Shown here: one piece after another, positions 30,781 through 64,000 of the stretch
Numbering within the stretch: position 1 is the first letter of the stretch
How the letters are laid out: the number at the start of each line of letters is the position of its first letter
From: Hormiphora californensis
Taxonomy: Eukaryota > Animalia > Ctenophora
Direction: 5' to 3'
Assembly: GCA_020137815.1 (NCBI GenBank)
Contig: CM035352.1
Span: 5,766,001 to 5,830,000, forward strand
DNA: 64,000 bases
Translations under genes and position numbers: made by a program
The notes under the pieces: generated by a model
What the model saw: the letters and a program-made list of their open reading frames with translations, nothing else
The model's database searches: none
Told to the model about the DNA's origin: nothing

Positions 30781-31821
30781 ATGTCAAGGAGTATCCGGTT
30801 AGAGACGAGAAGCAGGGCGAGGGATGAGCTGAAACGGGCCATGAATTCTATTGATAAGGTTCGGAAATGGTAAGTATGTCAGATCACAGATGTCTTGTTC
30901 CAGTTCAGTTTTCACTATTTAATTATTATTTAATTATATTCCTTTAAACCCAAGTGAATCTAGTGGAAGATGTGTCTACTAAGCTAGCACCGCTCTAAGA
31001 TGAAAGCGTTTATTTCTAACTCTCTCCCAGGGAGAAGAAATGGGTGAAGGTGGGTGGAGCAGGGTGCAAGCTGACTGTTTACAAGTGGTCAAGGAAGGCA
31101 GTTGAGATAGCAGACAAGACTGATAAAGATAAACCAGCCATTATAGCTGGCAATGGTTCAACTATTAAACCTGGTGGACCAGCCCCGGAACCCATGCAGA
31201 CTGAACAGGAGAAGGGGGACCAGAAGAAATCTGTAATGCTGGATTCTAACAGCAACACTTTTGTAAGTTTAGCAACTCTATAATCAAAACAGAACATTGT
31301 TTATTGACCCCCCCTCCCCGGTTTATCGACCGCCCAATTCCAGGTGGGGGACGAGTCTAGAGACAGCTTTACTGCATCTAGTGCAGAGTTCATGAAGTAC
31401 TGCCCAGATCCCGATACACAGGACAGTCTCAATGCTCGTGAGTTCAGATATTATATGACATGGAGGGGTTCGTTATGATAAGCATCTCTCTTAGACTTTT
31501 TCGTATGACCTCTTTTATTAACAAATCTCCCCCCCTCTCCAGCAACTACGGACGATAACACGAGTTCCCGGACCCCTTCAGCCGCTAAGGAAACTCCAGT
31601 ACAGGAGGGAGGGAAGATAACGGTGTCGGATGCCTTCAAAAACTCCTCAGAACCGACCCTTCCAGAGGCCGCTAAAGAGGGTAGGTCTTAATGGGGATAT
31701 AGGGAGTGACTGTATTTATCCGATAAAGATTTTCTGGTCATTTCGTGTTATCGGTGTTGTTTTACTATTTTCTAATACGCAATTACATTTCTCAGGAAAC
31801 ATGGAGCAAATGGAGAAATGA
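30781..31821 (+). CDS. BCL7: BCL7 family protein (SWI/SNF-BAF subunit), 5 exons
   Basis: MSRSIRLETRSRARDELKRAMNSIDKVRKW|EKKWVKVG...VYKW matches the BCL7 N-terminal domain. Exons approx. 30781-30869, 31031-31262, 31343-31437, 31543-31680, 31796-31821. Confidence 0.9.
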
Positions 31822-32011
31822 AGGTCGAAAGAGCTGAAATATATGGACATTTTGACAAGATAAACAGATATATTTTATCCACAGATTTAATTGGCGCATT
31901 ATTGTATTTGAAATCTGTATTTACCCACCACTTTTACTATATTGAATCAGTACTATAGTATGATCCTGTCCATCCAATATTCCTCCTAGTCCCATCTCAC
32001 TAGGTATTGTA

Positions 32012-32419
32012 ATGGCTGACTCTGAAAAGAAGATACCCAGACCGGACCTGGAGAAGGCAGCAAGACGATCCAAAAAGGGCACTGGAGTGAGGAAACTTAG
32101 TGGCGGATTGGGCAGGGTAAGTGACAACTAAATTCTACTAGAAAACACCCCCAAATATAAGGTCGGATTTTTTGAGGGTGTCACCACCAAAAAAATCCGG
32201 CTTTTGTGGTGTGCAGTACTATCTGTGTATCAGGGATTTCACCCCCTTATCATACAGGAATTTGCACTTATCGGGGTTCTATTTCTCGGAGGTTACGCGT
32301 TTATGTTCCAAAAGATGGAGCGAGCGAAACAAAATGAGACTGAGCAGAAGAAGAAGCTGAAGGAGTTAGAGAACAAGTATGGAATCACCATCCCCCTGGA
32401 AGTTGATAAACACAAGTGA
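32012..32419 (+). CDS. Small single-TM protein (~90-97 aa), unknown function, 2 exons
   Basis: MADSEKKIPRPDL..GLGR (32012-32116) | GFHPLIIQEFALIGVLFLGGYAFMFQK..HK* with GT/AG intron. Confidence 0.7.
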
Positions 32420-32672
32420 AATGTTTTTATTTGACAAGATCACTCCCTGACCCTCATAACTACAATTGAATGAGAACTATGAACTGATCCCTGGATTATT
32501 TTTGGATCTGTTATTCTATCCAGCTGCTTGATGTGTGTTAGATGTTAGCGTGATAAGAACTTTTTACAGACTTAGCATTGGTTTTAGATCTAAAATTAAA
32601 CTAATTACCTAAACACTAAAACAAACTTCCATCCTCTGGTCTAGTTTCTAGGTTATGTGAGGAACAACTGAC

Positions 32673-33049
32673 ATGGAGAACTCTAAGATAGCCCGTCCTA
32701 GTCAGGACAAATTCCGAGGACTGAACAGGGGACCTAAAAAGGTAAAAGACCCACTTTCCTGAATAACAATCGAATATTTTACAATGCTTTCGAATTTCGC
32801 TCTAAGTCTAACTGATATAAATTTCCGCAGACTATACTCATCACGGTAGCGTTCAGTGCATTTGCCTTGTGGTTCAGGGACTGGCACAAGAACTGGCTGC
32901 GGGCAGGACAACCTGCCGAGGGGTGGCAGGACTACGATGAGGAATTCAAACGGAAGGAGGATGAGAGATGGGGGATAGATAGAAAGGGAATACAGCCTAA
33001 CACTGTGGTAGATAATGTTAGAGAGGCTTTACAGTCATTATTCAAGTGA
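32673..33049 (+). CDS. Small single-TM protein (~96 aa), possibly cytochrome c oxidase subunit 6C-like
   Basis: MENSKIARPSQDKFRGLNRGPKK (32673-32741) | TILITVAFSAFALWFRD..WQDYDEEFKRKEDERWGI. The layout resembles COX6C (P..RGL, VAF TM, YD...GI). Confidence 0.6.
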
Positions 33050-33263
33050 AATGTTTTCTAGTTAACTTATTCATATGTTTTAATTACCAGTTTGATGATT
33101 GAGTGTCTGTCTCTTTCATTTCTATATTTAAATTTCTATTTCCCCAAACTAATACCTACCCAGTACCCTACTCCAGCGTATCACCTACTAACCCCTACCT
33201 CCACCCAGTCCCCTACTCCAAAGTATCCCCTACCCACTCTCCACTCTCCAGTGAGTAGGTATC

Positions 33264-34656
33264 ATGGCTGCTAAGAAGATCTCGAAGAGCAAAGAGAAGA
33301 AGCTGCAAAGAAAGGAAAACTTGGCAGCCCTTGGAGAGTCTCAGATGAGGTTAAACAAGGCAAATCTACCCTCCAACGATCACCTTGCATCCTTTAAACC
33401 GTTCCAGAAATATACAAGGAATGGCCTAGATCTGTCAATTGAATGTACCCATTTCGCCAACCTGGCAGAATCAGACTTTGAGAGTATCTTCAACCTACTT
33501 GAAACCAACATGAAGAAAGGTAAGCAGTCTTGTTGAGTACCATCCCTTACTAAAACAAGTCATGACTGATGATCATCAACTTGAGTATGAACAAGTTAAA
33601 TTGTGACCCACATTGTAGCAGTTCGATAGGATTGGCTACAACCGACTACTAGGTTGCTAAGTAACCCCTTAATACTAGGCATCTCCGGGAGTATTTCTCA
33701 GAGAAGCCCACCCCCAAATCAACTCTATTTATCCCCCCAATTTATCTCTCTATATATAGAGAGATAAATTGGGGGGATAAATTAGATATATCTAACTGCA
33801 TGTGCCCTGCAGAGTACGAGGCAAGTGATTGGGGATGGAACGGGAAGGAAAAGAAGGCTGAGCTGAGGGAGAAGAACCCCTGGTTCCTTATTGCCCGTGA
33901 TACCGCCTCCAAAGTCATCGCCTTCGCTCACTTTAAATTTGATTTTGATGAAGAGGAGGAGGTGCTATATTGTTATGAGGTGAGGCTCACACTATGACGC
34001 TACCTAGCGGGGTCAGACCCTTTTTCAAAGTCTGTTCAAATCGGGTCGGCGCCGCCAGACAGCTATTTGGATCACTATAGTGAGAGGTTGAACAAGTTGA
34101 AACTACCTCTACTACCTGCTAATCCATTATTGTTTACAGGTTCAAGTAGTGGACGAGATGAGAAGTAAGGGTGTTGGGAAGTTTATGATGCAGATACTGG
34201 AGTTGATCGGGTCTACCACATCTATGAAGAAGATGATGGTAACTGTGTTCAAACACAACTCCCGATCTATCCACTTCTTCAAGGACGTTCTCAAGTGAGT
34301 CTTCAACCACATGAACCACATAGCTGTTATGGCAGCAACTGAGTCACTTAGTTGCCATAGCAACCACCTGAACCACTTAGTTGCCATGGCAACCACCTGA
34401 ACCACTTAGTTGCCATGGTCTAGTTTTTAATGAATTCTTGGTGAAGAGACCCGTTTAACAGCACACATCACAGCTGTCAACTAACCCCTTCCCTCCTCCC
34501 AGATATACAGACGATGAGACATCGCCCCGTTATTGTGACCCGCTAGAAGAGAGCGAGTACTGCTACGAGATTATGAGTAAACCTCTCAAAGCGAAGAAGA
34601 CCGATAATGGGTGTGTTAAAGCCCCTGCTGCTCCAAAATGTTGCCAAAAGTGCTGA
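33264..34656 (+). CDS. NAA40: N-alpha-acetyltransferase 40 (NatD), 4 exons
   Basis: FQKYTRNGLDLSIEC, LLETNMK..YEASDWGW..KEK..EL, AFAHFKFD....VLYCYEVQV....RSKGVGKFMMQILE, MVTVFKHN, Y.DDETSP, YEIMSK. Confidence 0.95.
33727..33782. repeat. 56-bp perfect palindrome in an NAA40 intron
   Basis: ATTTATCCCCCCAATTTATCTCTCTATA|TATAGAGAGATAAATTGGGGGGATAAAT. Confidence 0.9.
34345..34419. repeat. 29-bp repeat x2.5 carrying X-box motifs
   Basis: GTTGCCATAGCAAC (34351) and GTTGCCATGGCAAC (34380). Confidence 0.85.
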
Positions 34657-35161
34657 ATACTGAATACTGGAAGTTAACACACACATCGTGGAGAGATAGT
34701 GGTAGAGAAGAGATGGACAGTTCGGTGTGTTAAATTCCAGAGTTAGTCTGCGAGATAAAAACAGCTCTGTTAATCATGGCTTTTTAACTTAATAGAAATG
34801 TTTTTACAGTATATTATTTGAAGGTCCCACTTTTATATTTATCGCTCTTTTCATTACACACAACAAAATCAGTTGTCCTTTAATTCAACAGAGATCATGG
34901 GGTGTCACTGGTATCGCTTCGCAGATATGTGATAGGTGTCAATGTCACCACGGGGTGTCACATTGTTTCTCGACATCACAACACATGACACCACTCCATG
35001 ATCTCTCAGTCAATCAAACCCGGAAATGGCTGGATATCCATAGCCCCATGGGCATGGTGCTACGGTTTTAGATACCCGTGATTTAGGAAAATATGGGACA
35101 GATCAAACACAAAAAACACATCACACTGATACACAAAATAAAAGAACGCACAGTCCTAGTG

Positions 35162-63902
<28,741 letters not shown>

Positions 63903-64000
63903 TAGAAAAGAGACCAATTATTATCACGCCTTGTCAGTAAATTCACAGACATTTAACACTCTCCAAACTAATAAACACGCCACTCGGTTGTAGAAAAGAG

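Overview
Compact, intron-rich animal genomic DNA. It is probably a cydippid ctenophore (Pleurobrachia/Hormiphora type); this is inferred from recall of the 'QPIRTRYLGHVTGYQPIRDQYF' dispersed repeat and is unverified. About 14 protein-coding genes can be reconstructed by hand. In order: a CR1/L2-type ORF1 (-), LATS/Warts kinase (-), NUDT13-like Nudix hydrolase (-), a sushi+LamG neurexin-like receptor (+) with a same-strand nested gene, a C1+RhoGAP of the ARHGAP45/29/GMIP family (+), a tight co-oriented cluster of BCL7, two small TM proteins (one COX6C-like) and NAA40 (+), and a >28 kb WDR81 gene (-) whose introns host three nested genes (unknown coiled-coil protein, rhodopsin-class GPCR, GPI-type sushi protein). 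Main signals: (1) every host gene start I could locate has a 3' splice acceptor 2-21 nt before the ATG, and genes are packed 190-250 nt apart, suggesting SL trans-splicing and operon-like processing; (2) at least five tandem repeats are copies of an exon/intron junction, creating arrays of decoy splice sites; (3) minisatellites built from RFX X-box, forkhead or CRE motifs; (4) many MITEs, some only 24-61 bp, two of whose flanking duplications copy a splice donor. Several single-base frameshifts and a degraded stretch (~47.1-49.25 kb) suggest assembly indel errors. Exon coordinates are hand-derived and approximate.
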